Source: Patescibacteria group bacterium (GTDB lineage: Bacteria; Patescibacteriota; Patescibacteriia; Patescibacteriales; JAQTRU01). Taken from it: a stretch of DNA of 64,000 nucleotides. Of this stretch, positions 8,449 to 17,564 are shown piece by piece; the stretch's first letter is position 1, and each line of letters begins with the position of its first letter. The DNA is taken from positions 3,653 to 67,652 of the forward strand of contig JAQUPG010000008.1 in assembly GCA_028716725.1 (NCBI GenBank), written 5' to 3'. The notes under the pieces were generated by a model, which did not search any database, was not told the origin of the DNA, and saw only the letters and a list, made by a program, of their open reading frames with translations. Position numbers and translations under genes: made by a program.

Positions 8449-9141
8449 ATGCTTAAGAAAAATACTTACATCATTTCCCTGGGCGGGTCTTTGGTAGTTA
8501 CGCCGGAGGGGATTGACTGGAAACTTTTAAAAGGATTCCGGAGCTTGATTTTAGAAGAAGTCAGGAAAGGCAAAAGATTTTTTATCATTGTTGGCGGAGG
8601 GGTTACCTGCCGGAAATATAATGAGGCTGCCCGCAAAACCGCTAAAGTCAGCCAAACGGAATTGGACTGGCTGGGAATTTATTCCGGCCGGCTTAATGCC
8701 CGTTTATTAAAAACTATTTTTGGGCCGATAGCTTATCCGGAAATTATTACTGACCCGATCGCCCCCTTATCTGCTAAAAACAAAATAATTATCGGTAGCG
8801 GCTGGAAACCGGGCTGGTCAACGGATTATGTGGCGACGGTTATGGCCCGGGAGCATAAAGCGAAGACCGTGATTAATTTGTCGAACATTGACTACGTTTA
8901 TACCGCTGACCCGAGAAAATATAAAAATGCCAAACCAATAAAGGAAATGAATTGGCAGAATTTCAGAAAATTAGTTGGCAATAAATGGAATCCGGGATTG
9001 AACGCTCCGTTTGATCCGGTGGCTTCGCGGTTAGCGCAAAAATTGGGGTTAGAAGTAATAATAATGGATGGAAAGAAATTGGGGAATCTGAAAAATTATT
9101 TGGGAGGTAAACAGTTTAAAGGGACAGTGATAAAGAATTAG
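8449..9141 (+). CDS. pyrH: Archaeal-type UMP kinase (amino-acid-kinase fold)
   Basis: ISLGGSLV, IVGGGVTCRKY, GWKPGWSTD, NIDYVYTADP; internal ATG at 8449 preferred over the TTG at 8344, which adds a nonsense hydrophobic extension. Confidence 0.7.
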   Translation: MLKKNTYIISLGGSLVVTPEGIDWKLLKGFRSLILEEVRKGKRFFIIVGGGVTCRKYNEAARKTAKVSQTELDWLGIYSGRLNARLLKTIFGPIAYPEIITDPIAPLSAKNKIIIGSGWKPGWSTDYVATVMAREHKAKTVINLSNIDYVYTADPRKYKNAKPIKEMNWQNFRKLVGNKWNPGLNAPFDPVASRLAQKLGLEVIIMDGKKLGNLKNYLGGKQFKGTVIKN

Positions 9142-9327
9142 ATTAAGAGACAAAAAATATGCTTTTTAAAGGCATGTTTTTTATTTTTATGACTAATAAT
9201 TAGTTTTATGGTATAATATTCATAATTGGGATTCTTGTGATTTTTAGGATTCTTGGGAGGACGAGGATTTTTTATCCTAGAGATCCTAAGAATCGCAATA
9301 ATCCTAAAAATCTCAAACAACAAACTT

Positions 9328-10107
9328 ATGTTCCCCCATAAATTCTCTCTAATCTTAATATTTTCCATTATTCTGACCCTGGGCCTGTCTGTTTCCCTGG
9401 GGTCTCTAATGGCTGCCTGGACGGCTCCGGCCTCAACTCCTCCGGAAGGCAATATCACCGCTCCGATTAATACTAGTGATACTGGCCAGGCCAAGCAAGG
9501 CGGTTTGATTCTCAATACCGGCGGCAGCGCCAATGGCTTAATCATCCAGTTCGGCAATGTTGGTATAGGCACAACCAGCCCGCAAGCCAAATTGGAAGTA
9601 GCCGGCAATATTATTGCTGATGCTCCGACAGAAAATAATCATTTAGCGACCAAGGGTTATGTAGATGCAAGTTCGGGATCAGGGGGCCTGAAAGTGTATA
9701 AGAGCGATGGAACAACTTTACTCGGAACCTTTGGCGGGTTTTATGGAACTAACCCTCCTTCCGCTTGTTCTGGTTGGGGATTTTGGACACCGGCAGGAGC
9801 ATTGCATGTAATGGGGGGAACAGATTGCAACAATCCGCCGTCCAATGTCACTTTGTACTTTACGGGTACCGGCTGCACTGGTGGCTATCAAGCTAATTCC
9901 GGCAACGGTATTATGAAGAACTGTAATCAGTATTTTAATATTACCGGCGGAGACGGCTATTGTAATAATTTTCAAAGTTACCGCGATCCCGACTGCACCT
10001 GCCACAACATTTCGCAGCAATGTATAAGTATGTATGACTACGTAGCAGAGACTAGCGATCCTGTTCCAGGATACCTTTGCGGAGGAGGAAACTGTGTTGT
10101 GAAATAA
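9328..10107 (+). CDS. Secreted protein: signal peptide, tail-fibre-like module, then a Cys-rich C-terminal domain
   Basis: Signal MFPHKFSLILIFSIILTLGLS; GNVGIGTTSPQAKLEVAGN and HLATKGYVDA motifs; about 14 Cys in the last 130 aa; start moved to the internal Met. Confidence 0.55.
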   Translation: MFPHKFSLILIFSIILTLGLSVSLGSLMAAWTAPASTPPEGNITAPINTSDTGQAKQGGLILNTGGSANGLIIQFGNVGIGTTSPQAKLEVAGNIIADAPTENNHLATKGYVDASSGSGGLKVYKSDGTTLLGTFGGFYGTNPPSACSGWGFWTPAGALHVMGGTDCNNPPSNVTLYFTGTGCTGGYQANSGNGIMKNCNQYFNITGGDGYCNNFQSYRDPDCTCHNISQQCISMYDYVAETSDPVPGYLCGGGNCVVK

Positions 10108-10283
10108 TTACTAATCAAAAAAGGTAAAAAACGGCTTATTTTTTAAGGAAAATGGCCGTTTTTTTATTTCTTCCCCTTTTACTCTTGCCCTGTTTTAATA
10201 TTTCGTGTATAATAACTGCTGTTATCTAAATAGCAAAGAGAGATGAAATTAATAAATTTCATTTTTATTTTTTATTTCAAAAT

Positions 10284-13169
10284 ATGCCAAAAAACTCTAA
10301 TGGCGGACCGGAGGGAAAAATTAAAATCAAGGGCGCCCGCGTCCATAATTTAAAAAACGTCAGCTTGGAAATTCCCCGCAATAAATTCGTAGTCATTACC
10401 GGTTTGTCCGGTTCAGGCAAATCATCTCTGGCTTTTGATACGATTTATGCCGAAGGCCAGCGCCGGTATGTTGAATCTCTTTCCGCTTACGCCCGGCAAT
10501 TTGTGGGCTTAATGGATAAGCCGGATGTGGATTCAATTGAAGGTTTGTCCCCGGCGATTTCTATTGACCAAAAATCAACGTCCCATAATCCCCGTTCCAC
10601 CGTCGGAACGATTACCGAGATTTACGATTATCTGCGGCTTCTTTTTGCCCGCATCGGCGTACCTCATTGTCCGAAGTGCGGCCGGAAAGTAAAGCAGCAT
10701 TCTTTGGATGAAATTGTTGACCAGGTGGGAAAAACTTATTTGGGGGAAAATATAATGATTCTGGCCCCGATTGTTAAAGACCGGAAAGGGGAGCATAAAA
10801 ATATCGTGGAAAGGATTGTTAAAGCCGGATTTAGCCGGGTAAGGTTTGACGGCGCCATTTTTTCATTGGAGGAGATAGAAGATATGGCGGTGGACAAAAA
10901 GAAAAAACATACGGTAGAAATCGTGATTGACCGCTTATTGGTTTCTAAAAACAAAGAAGACATGGCCCGGCTTTCAGAAAGTTTGGAAAAAGCCCTTGAT
11001 CTGGCTAATGGTTTAGTAACGATTGCCCCGCAAAATCAGGCCGGAAAATCTCAGCTGGCCGAGAATACTTATTCCCAGCTTTTTGCCTGCCCGGACTGTG
11101 GCATTAGTTTGCCGGAGTTGGAACCAAGAAATTTTTCTTTTAATTCGCCTCATGGCGCCTGCCCCGAGTGCTCCGGCTTAGGAACAAAACTGGAAATTGA
11201 CCCGCAGCTTATTATAAATTCGAATTTAACTATAGCTCAGGGCGCGATCAGGCCCTGGGCCCATAACACGGCTTCCGGGCAAACCTGGATGATGAGGATT
11301 TTAGGCACGGTCGCGGCCAAGCACGGGTTTGATTTAAATACGCCGGTTAAAGACTTAACCAAAAAGCAATTAGAGATTGTTCTTTACGGCTCGGGTGATA
11401 AAAATTATAACGTGGAGTATTCAAGCGACCGTTTTACCGGCGAAATGACAACCGATTTCGAGGGGGTTATTCCTAATTTGGAAAGGCGGTATAAGCAGAC
11501 AGAATCGGATTATATTAGGAAAGAAATTGAGCAATATATGCGGGTCCTGATCTGCCCGGCTTGCGGCGGCAAAAGGTTAAAGCCGGAAATGCTGGCGGTT
11601 AAGGTTAATGGTTTGTCCATAAACGATATTTCCGTTAAAGCCATAAATGAAGCCAAGAATTTCTGCGAGGAGCTGGAAAAATCAAAAAATTTATCCGCTC
11701 GGGACAAAAAAATTTCGGCCCAGATTGTAAAAGAAATCTGCGCCCGCTTAGACTTTCTCTCTAATGTCGGGCTTGATTATTTGTCTTTAGACAGGGCTTC
11801 GGCGACTTTGTCCGGGGGCGAGTCCCAGCGCATTCGGCTGGCCACCCAGATCGGCTCGGCTCTGGTCGGAGTTTTATATATTTTAGATGAACCTTCTATC
11901 GGACTCCATCAGCGGGACAATAATAAACTGATAAACACCTTGAAGAAACTGCGGGATTTAGGCAATACCGTAATTGTCGTGGAGCATGACGAAATGACAA
12001 TGATGGCGGCTGACCATATTGTTGATGTCGGCCCGGGGGCCGGGGAGCATGGGGGAAAAATTATCGCCCAGGGCAGCCCCGCCCAAATAAAAGCCTCATC
12101 TTCTTCTTTGACCGGCCAGTACCTTTCGGGGAAAAAATCCATTCCGGCGCCGGCAAAATACCGTGCGGGAAACGGGAAAAATTTAACAATACTTGGCGCG
12201 ACCGAGCATAATTTAAAGAATATTAATGTCTCTATTCCCTTGGGCAAGTTTGTAGCCATCACCGGCGTTTCCGGCTCGGGCAAATCTACTTTAATGGACG
12301 ATATTTTAGCCCGGGCTTTAAACCAGAAATTTTATCGGGCTAAGGCCGAACCCGGCCAGCATAAAAAAATCGAGGGCTGGCAGCATATTGATAAAGTCAT
12401 AAATATCGACCAGTCTCCTATCGGCCGCACCCCGCGCTCTAACCCCGCCACTTATACCGGCGCGTTCACGTCCATCAGAGATTTATTCGCTTCTTTGCCC
12501 GAAGCAAAAATCAGGGGATATAAGGCGGGACGTTTTTCTTTTAACGTGGTGGGCGGAAGATGCGAGGCTTGCGGCGGTGACGGCTTAGTAAAAATTGAAA
12601 TGCAGTTTTTATCCGATGTTTATGTGGAGTGCGAAGTCTGCCACGGCCAGAGATATAATAAAGAAGCTTTGGAAATTTATTATAAGGATAAAAATATTTC
12701 CGACGTCCTCAATATGACCGTGGAAGAAGCCATGAATTTTTTTAAGAATATCCCGGCGATTTATCAGAAGCTCGTAACTTTAAATGAAGTGGGATTAAGC
12801 TATATAAAGCTTGGCCAGAGCGCCACGACTTTGTCCGGCGGGGAAGCGCAAAGAGTGAAACTGGCGACGGAGTTATCGCGCCGGGCAACAGGCAGAACCC
12901 TATATATCTTGGACGAGCCGACAACCGGGCTGCATTTTGACGATATAAAAAGATTGCTTGAGGTTTTAGGCCAGTTGGCGGATAAGGGCAATACGGTTTT
13001 AATTATTGAGCATAATTTAGACGTCATAAAATCCGTGGACTGGATTATTGATTTAGGACCGGAAGGCGGAGAGGCGGGCGGAGAAATCGTGGCGGCCGGC
13101 ACGCCCAGAGAAGTGGCGAAAATTAAGAAAAGTTATACCGGGCAATATTTAGCAAAGATATTAAAATAA
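10284..13169 (+). CDS. uvrA: Excinuclease ABC subunit A
   Basis: Two ABC ATPase modules ([34 protein letters not shown]) and Zn-finger Cys clusters. Confidence 0.97.
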   Translation: MPKNSNGGPEGKIKIKGARVHNLKNVSLEIPRNKFVVITGLSGSGKSSLAFDTIYAEGQRRYVESLSAYARQFVGLMDKPDVDSIEGLSPAISIDQKSTSHNPRSTVGTITEIYDYLRLLFARIGVPHCPKCGRKVKQHSLDEIVDQVGKTYLGENIMILAPIVKDRKGEHKNIVERIVKAGFSRVRFDGAIFSLEEIEDMAVDKKKKHTVEIVIDRLLVSKNKEDMARLSESLEKALDLANGLVTIAPQNQAGKSQLAENTYSQLFACPDCGISLPELEPRNFSFNSPHGACPECSGLGTKLEIDPQLIINSNLTIAQGAIRPWAHNTASGQTWMMRILGTVAAKHGFDLNTPVKDLTKKQLEIVLYGSGDKNYNVEYSSDRFTGEMTTDFEGVIPNLERRYKQTESDYIRKEIEQYMRVLICPACGGKRLKPEMLAVKVNGLSINDISVKAINEAKNFCEELEKSKNLSARDKKISAQIVKEICARLDFLSNVGLDYLSLDRASATLSGGESQRIRLATQIGSALVGVLYILDEPSIGLHQRDNNKLINTLKKLRDLGNTVIVVEHDEMTMMAADHIVDVGPGAGEHGGKIIAQGSPAQIKASSSSLTGQYLSGKKSIPAPAKYRAGNGKNLTILGATEHNLKNINVSIPLGKFVAITGVSGSGKSTLMDDILARALNQKFYRAKAEPGQHKKIEGWQHIDKVINIDQSPIGRTPRSNPATYTGAFTSIRDLFASLPEAKIRGYKAGRFSFNVVGGRCEACGGDGLVKIEMQFLSDVYVECEVCHGQRYNKEALEIYYKDKNISDVLNMTVEEAMNFFKNIPAIYQKLVTLNEVGLSYIKLGQSATTLSGGEAQRVKLATELSRRATGRTLYILDEPTTGLHFDDIKRLLEVLGQLADKGNTVLIIEHNLDVIKSVDWIIDLGPEGGEAGGEIVAAGTPREVAKIKKSYTGQYLAKILK

Positions 13170-13171
13170 TA

Positions 13172-13188
13172 CCTGCCTCATCGGCAGG
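13172..13188. repeat. CCTGCC...GGCAGG GC-rich palindrome (degenerate copy)
   Basis: CCTGCCTCATCGGCAGG immediately after the uvrA stop. Confidence 0.6.
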
Positions 13189-13204
13189 CGGGTAAAAATA
13201 TAAA

Positions 13205-13242
13205 GAGCTCAACTCCGACGCGTCGGGGTTGAGCTCCTTTTT
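13205..13242 (+). terminator. Intrinsic terminator of uvrA
   Basis: GAGCTCAACTCCGACGCGTCGGGGTTGAGCTC stem followed by T5. Confidence 0.75.
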
Positions 13243-13246
13243 AGAT

Positions 13247-13279
13247 AAAAAAAGAGAGGCGATGAACAATGTCATCGCC
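13247..13279 (-). terminator. Intrinsic terminator closing the GC-rich region on the - strand
   Basis: GGCGATGA(13258-13265)/TCATCGCC(13272-13279); on the - strand followed by CTCTCTTTTTTT. Confidence 0.55.
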
Positions 13280-14225
13280 CCTTTACTATCTCGAAGTTTT
13301 CTTCCTCCTTATTCCTCGGAAATAGAGGAAACATCAGTCCGGTAATTTCCGCGGCTCATTCCCGGTTAATCATCAGGCTTTGTAGGTATGGAACCGAAAG
13401 CCGGGAAGGCCGGTGGACGGCGGGGAGTATCGTCGTGTGTTGAATCGTGCGATTCCCCGAAACCGGGCTGGCGTGGAAACAGAAATCTCCGCTGCACTGT
13501 TTGGGCTTCAATTTGGTCGCCGAGTCGGGAGTTGGCCTTCGAGCGATAACACTCGTAGAGTGTTTACGGTAAGGTAACCAAAGACTCCTTCGGACGCTGG
13601 TGAGCCGCTTAAAGTGCAGAGTCGCTTTACATCCCCTTGCGGAGGATGTTATTTTTGGTGAAACTTGTTGAATTCGCGCGGTTACCGCCTATTTTCTACA
13701 CGAGGTTTTACTCGTGTCATCATTGGTTATAGCTACCTTTGGTGTTATAGGTTGGGTTTTGCCGCGCCAGACGCGGAATGTGCTGCTTTAGCGCCCCCAC
13801 AACGATATTATCTATTGTGGGGGCTAGTAATTTTTTTGTTCCAACGATTGTGCATGGTGTCGACCCGTCTTTCTTACTTCGGGTTTTCCCGTCCCGTTTC
13901 TTGGCCGCTCGTGTGGGCCGTACGTTTAGGACGGGTTTGTTCCTCGATTCGATCTCAGGCCCGCTTCCTCATCTTCCGGGATTTAGCCGGAGCCGGGGGA
14001 AGCGGTCCGCGCCGAGCGTCAGTGTCGGTTGATGGTCGTACCGGGCGCCGAGGTGTCGATGACGATCATGATCGGATTTTCGAACCCGGTTCCTAACATG
14101 GTGTTGCTTTTGCGATTGGGCGCTGCTCGAGCCATGGAGTGCCTCCGGCGTGGGTTTGGGCGAATGATTCGACCTGGCCTCCGAGGATTGGAGACCGCTC
14201 TTTGCGGTTTTTTAAGCCGCGATGT
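13255..14225 (-). ncRNA. Candidate very large (about 0.95 kb) structured ncRNA, family unknown; strand assignment tentative
   Basis: No credible ORF; GC about 60% against AT-rich flanks; many perfect 7-10 bp helices; end-to-end helix 13305-13320 / 14180-14193; - strand promoters and terminator, but also a + strand hairpin+T6 at 14193-14213. Confidence 0.5.
14019..14135 (-). CDS. 38-codon SD-preceded small ORF inside the GC-rich region (coding status uncertain)
   Basis: GGAGG (14142-14146) 6 nt upstream of ATG; MARAAPNRKSNTMLGTGFENPIMIVIDTSAPGTTINRH. Confidence 0.25.
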   Translation of the reverse strand: MARAAPNRKSNTMLGTGFENPIMIVIDTSAPGTTINRH

Positions 14226-14229
14226 TTTT

Positions 14230-14299
14230 ATTTTAACTGAATATATTTTTTTGTCAAATAACGATTTAGCAATATATCACATCTTTTTAATATTGTCAA
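14230..14299 (-). promoter_or_regulatory. Two tandem near-consensus sigma70-type promoters pointing into the GC-rich region
   Basis: P1 TTGACA(14299-14294)-N17-TATATT(14276-14271); P2 TTGACA(14257-14252)-N16-TAAAAT(14235-14230). Confidence 0.5.
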
Positions 14300-14350
14300 T
14301 AGTTAATGAATAAATTAACTAATATTTATTTAAAATTAGCCAAAAAGTTA

Positions 14351-14923
14351 TTATTCAATATTTTTTTCGCTAAATACCTGGGCCGTAAAGACTTTTAATT
14401 TAACATCCCCTGTCTTTTTATAGCAATCTGGATCTAGCCCGGCTTTTTGCGAGCACAATTGGCTTAAAAATTCTTCTAAATCCCAGCCAGTTTCCCTTGC
14501 TACCTGGGGTAAAAACACGCCGCCCTGCCTACCTTTTTCTACAATTACTCCCTCTTCGCCAAGTTTAATATTCTGCCAATTGTCAATTTCTTCAGGAACG
14601 GACAAGACGCTTATTTCATAATCCAATTTATCTAATTCATTTTCCGCCACGGGGTTAAACCTATAATCTTCGCTGGCTGCCGCTATAGCCATATCGCGCA
14701 CTACTTCCCAAAGAGGTTTGTCAGAAGGAATAATTTGGCCGATGCAGCCGCGCAACTGCCTGCCTTTATGCAAGGTGACAAAAGCGCCCTCCTGCTTTTT
14801 TAATCTTTCATCCTTAATATTAAACTCTGGAACCCTGCCTCCGCGCACATAATCTTCCACGGTTTGGCGGGCAATTTTTAGTAATTCTTTTTTCTGGTTT
14901 TTATTTAATAGTTCCGAGCTCAT
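14351..14923 (-). CDS. AMMECR1 domain protein
   Basis: GAFVTLHKGRQLRGCIGQI signature. Confidence 0.8.
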   Translation of the reverse strand: MSSELLNKNQKKELLKIARQTVEDYVRGGRVPEFNIKDERLKKQEGAFVTLHKGRQLRGCIGQIIPSDKPLWEVVRDMAIAAASEDYRFNPVAENELDKLDYEISVLSVPEEIDNWQNIKLGEEGVIVEKGRQGGVFLPQVARETGWDLEEFLSQLCSQKAGLDPDCYKKTGDVKLKVFTAQVFSEKNIE

Positions 14924-15792
14924 ATTTTCTTCAGAACTTTTAGGATTTGTTTATGGACCTTGCCATTGCTAGCGGCTATATATTTGCTTTTTAAATTCCA
15001 TTCCTTTCCGGAAAAATCAGTTACCTTTCCGCCGGCTTCCCGGACAAGTAAGACTCCGGCGGCCACGTCCCAGGAATTGGCTCCGGGGATAACGATTGTT
15101 TCTACCCTGCCGCAGGCGACATAAGCAAGCTCAATGGCGGCGCTGCCAAGCTGGCGGCAATCCAGGCCGCTTAATTTTTGTTTAGTATGATAAGCCAGGG
15201 CTTTTTTTATATCTTTTTCTCTGTGGCTGTGGCAGAAAGTATTTAAGACCTTGCCGGAGGAAATTTTTGAAACTTTAATTTTTTTGTTATTTAGATAAGC
15301 GCCTTTATTTTTTTCCGCCCAGTATAATTCGCCTAAGACCGGAATAAAAATTACGCCCAGGATAATTTTATCCTTATGGGCCAGGGCGATAGAAACTGAC
15401 CAAAGGGGGTTGTGCATAGAAAAATTAGTGGTCCCGTCCAAAGGATCAACAATCCAGAGATAATCGGTCCCGCACCTTTTAAAATATTCTGCTGATTTAT
15501 GGTAAGTTTTTTTATTTTGTCTAAAAGGTGTGGGATTTGTCTGCCCGGCTTCTTCGGATAATATCTGATGATCAGGGAAATATTTTTTTATGGCTCTGAT
15601 TATAATTTTTTCTGCCGTCAGATCCGCCTTAGTTAAAATTTCATGGCGGGACTTTAATTTTATCTTAGCCCGGTCAAAATTAGCATATTCGCGCAAAAGT
15701 ACTTTTCCGGCTTTTTTGGCGGCCTCAATAGCTACTTTTTTAAATTGGTTGTTCACCCCGTTAGAAGTTTTAAATAAATTGTTCTTTTTCAT
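14920..15792 (-). CDS. Inositol monophosphatase family protein (SuhB-like), with repeat-derived N-terminus and an internal repeat insert
   Basis: WIVDPLDGTTNF, ILSEE, WDVAAG motifs. Confidence 0.85.
   Translation of the reverse strand: MKKNNLFKTSNGVNNQFKKVAIEAAKKAGKVLLREYANFDRAKIKLKSRHEILTKADLTAEKIIIRAIKKYFPDHQILSEEAGQTNPTPFRQNKKTYHKSAEYFKRCGTDYLWIVDPLDGTTNFSMHNPLWSVSIALAHKDKIILGVIFIPVLGELYWAEKNKGAYLNNKKIKVSKISSGKVLNTFCHSHREKDIKKALAYHTKQKLSGLDCRQLGSAAIELAYVACGRVETIVIPGANSWDVAAGVLLVREAGGKVTDFSGKEWNLKSKYIAASNGKVHKQILKVLKKI
15468..15535. repeat. CCCGCACC-family palindromic element, in frame inside the IMPase-family CDS
   Basis: Arms TCCCGCACCTTTTA (15468-15481) / CTAAAAGGTGTGGGA (15521-15535), one G/A mismatch; encodes the PTPFRQNKKTYHKSAEYFKRCG insert. 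Confidence 0.7.
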
Positions 15793-15855
15793 AACTATTT
15801 TTAGTTATACTTATTTTCCCCTTAATAGAAGACGTTCTTTAAACTTCTAATGGGG
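15756..15855. repeat. CCCCGTTAGAA-family inverted-repeat element spanning the IMPase start codon
   Basis: CCCCGTTAGAAGTTT (15756-15770) / AAACTTCTAATGGGG (15841-15855); start codon at 15792 lies inside; encodes ...TSNGVN. Confidence 0.7.
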
Positions 15856-15856
15856 C

Positions 15857-16348
15857 TCATATTAATTCTAAAAGTTTTAATTCTAATTTATTGTTTTTCG
15901 TATTCCAAGTGGCAAAAGTGGCTTTTCCCCACATTCCGCCCAGTTCCCCGGGATTAACTAATTTAACTTCGTCAATTTCTTCCAGGGCGGGTTTATGGCT
16001 GTGGCCGAAAAAAATTATATCACAATGGCCGGAATGTAAGACTTTATCAATGAAGTGAGCTTCATGGCAGAGCCCGACAATCTGCCCGTCAAGTTTAAAT
16101 CTTCCGGTTTTTCCGAAATAACTGATGTTTTTAAATTTTTTTAATTCTTTTTCCCCGTACAATTCAATATTTCCCCTGACAAGATAAATGGAATTTTTAA
16201 ATTTTTTTCCTAAAACGGAAAGAGTCTCACTGTTAGTCAGGTCGCCGGCGCAGATAATTTTTTTAATTTTGTTTTTTTTGCTCCAATTTAGGAATTTATT
16301 TAAATTAACTAAATTATCGTGGATATCAGCGATAATGGCTATGAGCAT
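15857..16348 (-). CDS. YfcE/MJ0936-type metallophosphoesterase
   Basis: IIADIHDN, CAGDL, VRGNIE, FFGHSHKP motifs. Confidence 0.8.
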   Translation of the reverse strand: MLIAIIADIHDNLVNLNKFLNWSKKNKIKKIICAGDLTNSETLSVLGKKFKNSIYLVRGNIELYGEKELKKFKNISYFGKTGRFKLDGQIVGLCHEAHFIDKVLHSGHCDIIFFGHSHKPALEEIDEVKLVNPGELGGMWGKATFATWNTKNNKLELKLLELI

Positions 16349-16352
16349 AAAT

Positions 16353-17492
16353 TTAATTGGCGAAAAAATAATAAAGTTCGTAAATTAAGCCGGCGATGAA
16401 CATAAAAGAAAGAAGAAGTATTATTGGTTTGTTTATTTTATTTTTTATTATAGACGTTTGTTCTTTTTTCTTCTTTACTTCTAAAAGGAGCCAGAGATAA
16501 AGCAGGCCGATTAGACCGCCGGTAAAAGCGCCAGCCAAACTTACTATTTTTGTTAAGTCGCGCAACCCCAATAAATAAAGGAGAAGCGGGATAAAGCAAG
16601 CCAGGGCCCAGGCAATATTTTTATTAAATTTGAAGTCCCACCAGAAAGTTTCCCGGATAGACTGGGCGATAACCAGAAAAGAAGTGACAATTGCCAGTAA
16701 TCCCAAAATTAGGGCAAAAATTATAACGCCGTCTGATAAAACCGAGCGCAGGCCGACTAAAGTGTCGGGTGAGGTGTTATTTCCGGTAATCCCAACAATA
16801 ACAAAAGTAAAGACAAGCATCATGGCCACCGGGATAAAAGTTCCCCAGGCAATCGCACTCTTAATATTTTCTCTTTTTTGGGCCAGGAGTTTACAAACTG
16901 AAGGGACAGCGGCGCTGCCGCCAACGGCAAAGAAAATCGGGCCGTAAGGCAGAAAAAAATTAGGCCAGGAGACAAGATGAAAGTTATCAAAATTGATATA
17001 GCCCCATCCGTGCCAGGCCAGTAGCCCCACCATAAAAACTAACAGTCCGGCCATAATTAATTCTACTGAAGCGATTAATTTAATTCCGGAAAAGACAACG
17101 GCGGCTTGGAATAAAAACAAAATTATAGAATAGGTAAAAACGTTTCCGCCAAAAGCCGGATTTAGCAATTCATAAAGAAAAATTCCGCCGACGATAATAT
17201 AGGCGAGTAGGGCCCCGTAGTCTCCGATCAGGCTTATTACAAGGGAAAAAATTTTTCCCCGCCGGCTAATATATTTTTCCGCATAACCGGGCAACCGGTG
17301 TTTTTCCTCGGTAGACAAGATTATTTCCGCGTAAATTTTGTGGAGGAAATATTGGACTAAACCCAAGGCAGGGAGATAGATAAAAAGCAAAATAATACCC
17401 GATTTATTAATGACAAAAGGAATAGAAAACATCCCGACCCCGATAATGGTTCCGGCTAAAGTGGCAATAGCATGAAAATAATTTTTACTCAT
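16353..17492 (-). CDS. Amino-acid permease-like transporter (about 11 TM; aromatic amino-acid permease-like)
   Basis: 379 aa polytopic protein; N-terminal AGTIIGVGMFSIP pattern; family assignment weak. Confidence 0.5.
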   Translation of the reverse strand: MSKNYFHAIATLAGTIIGVGMFSIPFVINKSGIILLFIYLPALGLVQYFLHKIYAEIILSTEEKHRLPGYAEKYISRRGKIFSLVISLIGDYGALLAYIIVGGIFLYELLNPAFGGNVFTYSIILFLFQAAVVFSGIKLIASVELIMAGLLVFMVGLLAWHGWGYINFDNFHLVSWPNFFLPYGPIFFAVGGSAAVPSVCKLLAQKRENIKSAIAWGTFIPVAMMLVFTFVIVGITGNNTSPDTLVGLRSVLSDGVIIFALILGLLAIVTSFLVIAQSIRETFWWDFKFNKNIAWALACFIPLLLYLLGLRDLTKIVSLAGAFTGGLIGLLYLWLLLEVKKKKEQTSIIKNKINKPIILLLSFMFIAGLIYELYYFFAN

Positions 17493-17508
17493 AAACTAAA
17501 GCGCATAA

Positions 17509-17528
17509 CCTGCCTGCCGGCAGGCAGG
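17509..17528. repeat. Perfect 20-nt GC-rich palindrome CCTGCCTGCCGGCAGGCAGG
   Basis: Intergenic, between two - strand genes; related copies at 13172, 41023, 41165 and 62628. Confidence 0.8.
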
Positions 17529-17564
17529 CGTGGAACGCGTAACGCGAGACAAACCATAGATGGT

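Noticed and set aside
10225-10283. Hairpin ATGAAATT-AATA-AATTTCAT plus a T-run immediately upstream of the uvrA start as an attenuator, and CTGT..N..TAGC as an SOS box
   Set aside because: The stem is entirely A/T, which is expected by chance in this composition. The putative box does not match the CTGT-N8-ACAG or CGAAC-N4-GTTCG consensus.
13390-14095. Possible RNase P RNA on the + strand: GAAAGCCGGG (about 13396) resembling CR-I GGAAAGUCCGG, ACAGAAA (about 13479), GGTAAGG (about 13568), GATGA (about 14058) and GAACCCGGTT (about 14082) resembling CR-V ACAGAACCCGGCUUA
   Set aside because: The universally conserved bulged U of P4, the GUAAGAGC block and the GGCUUA end are absent or altered. 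The two P4-like strands are about 690 nt apart, whereas a whole RNase P RNA is typically 330-450 nt. The resemblance could be chance in 1 kb of GC-rich sequence. It must still be excluded formally with cmsearch RF00010/RF00011.
13665-14313. Three overlapping + strand ORFs (143, 84 and 94 aa) inside the GC-rich region
   Set aside because: Their composition (Arg/Gly/Ser/Phe/Leu-rich, no motifs), mutual overlap in different frames and lack of SD sequences are what random ORFs in GC-rich structured DNA look like. I treat the region as non-coding.
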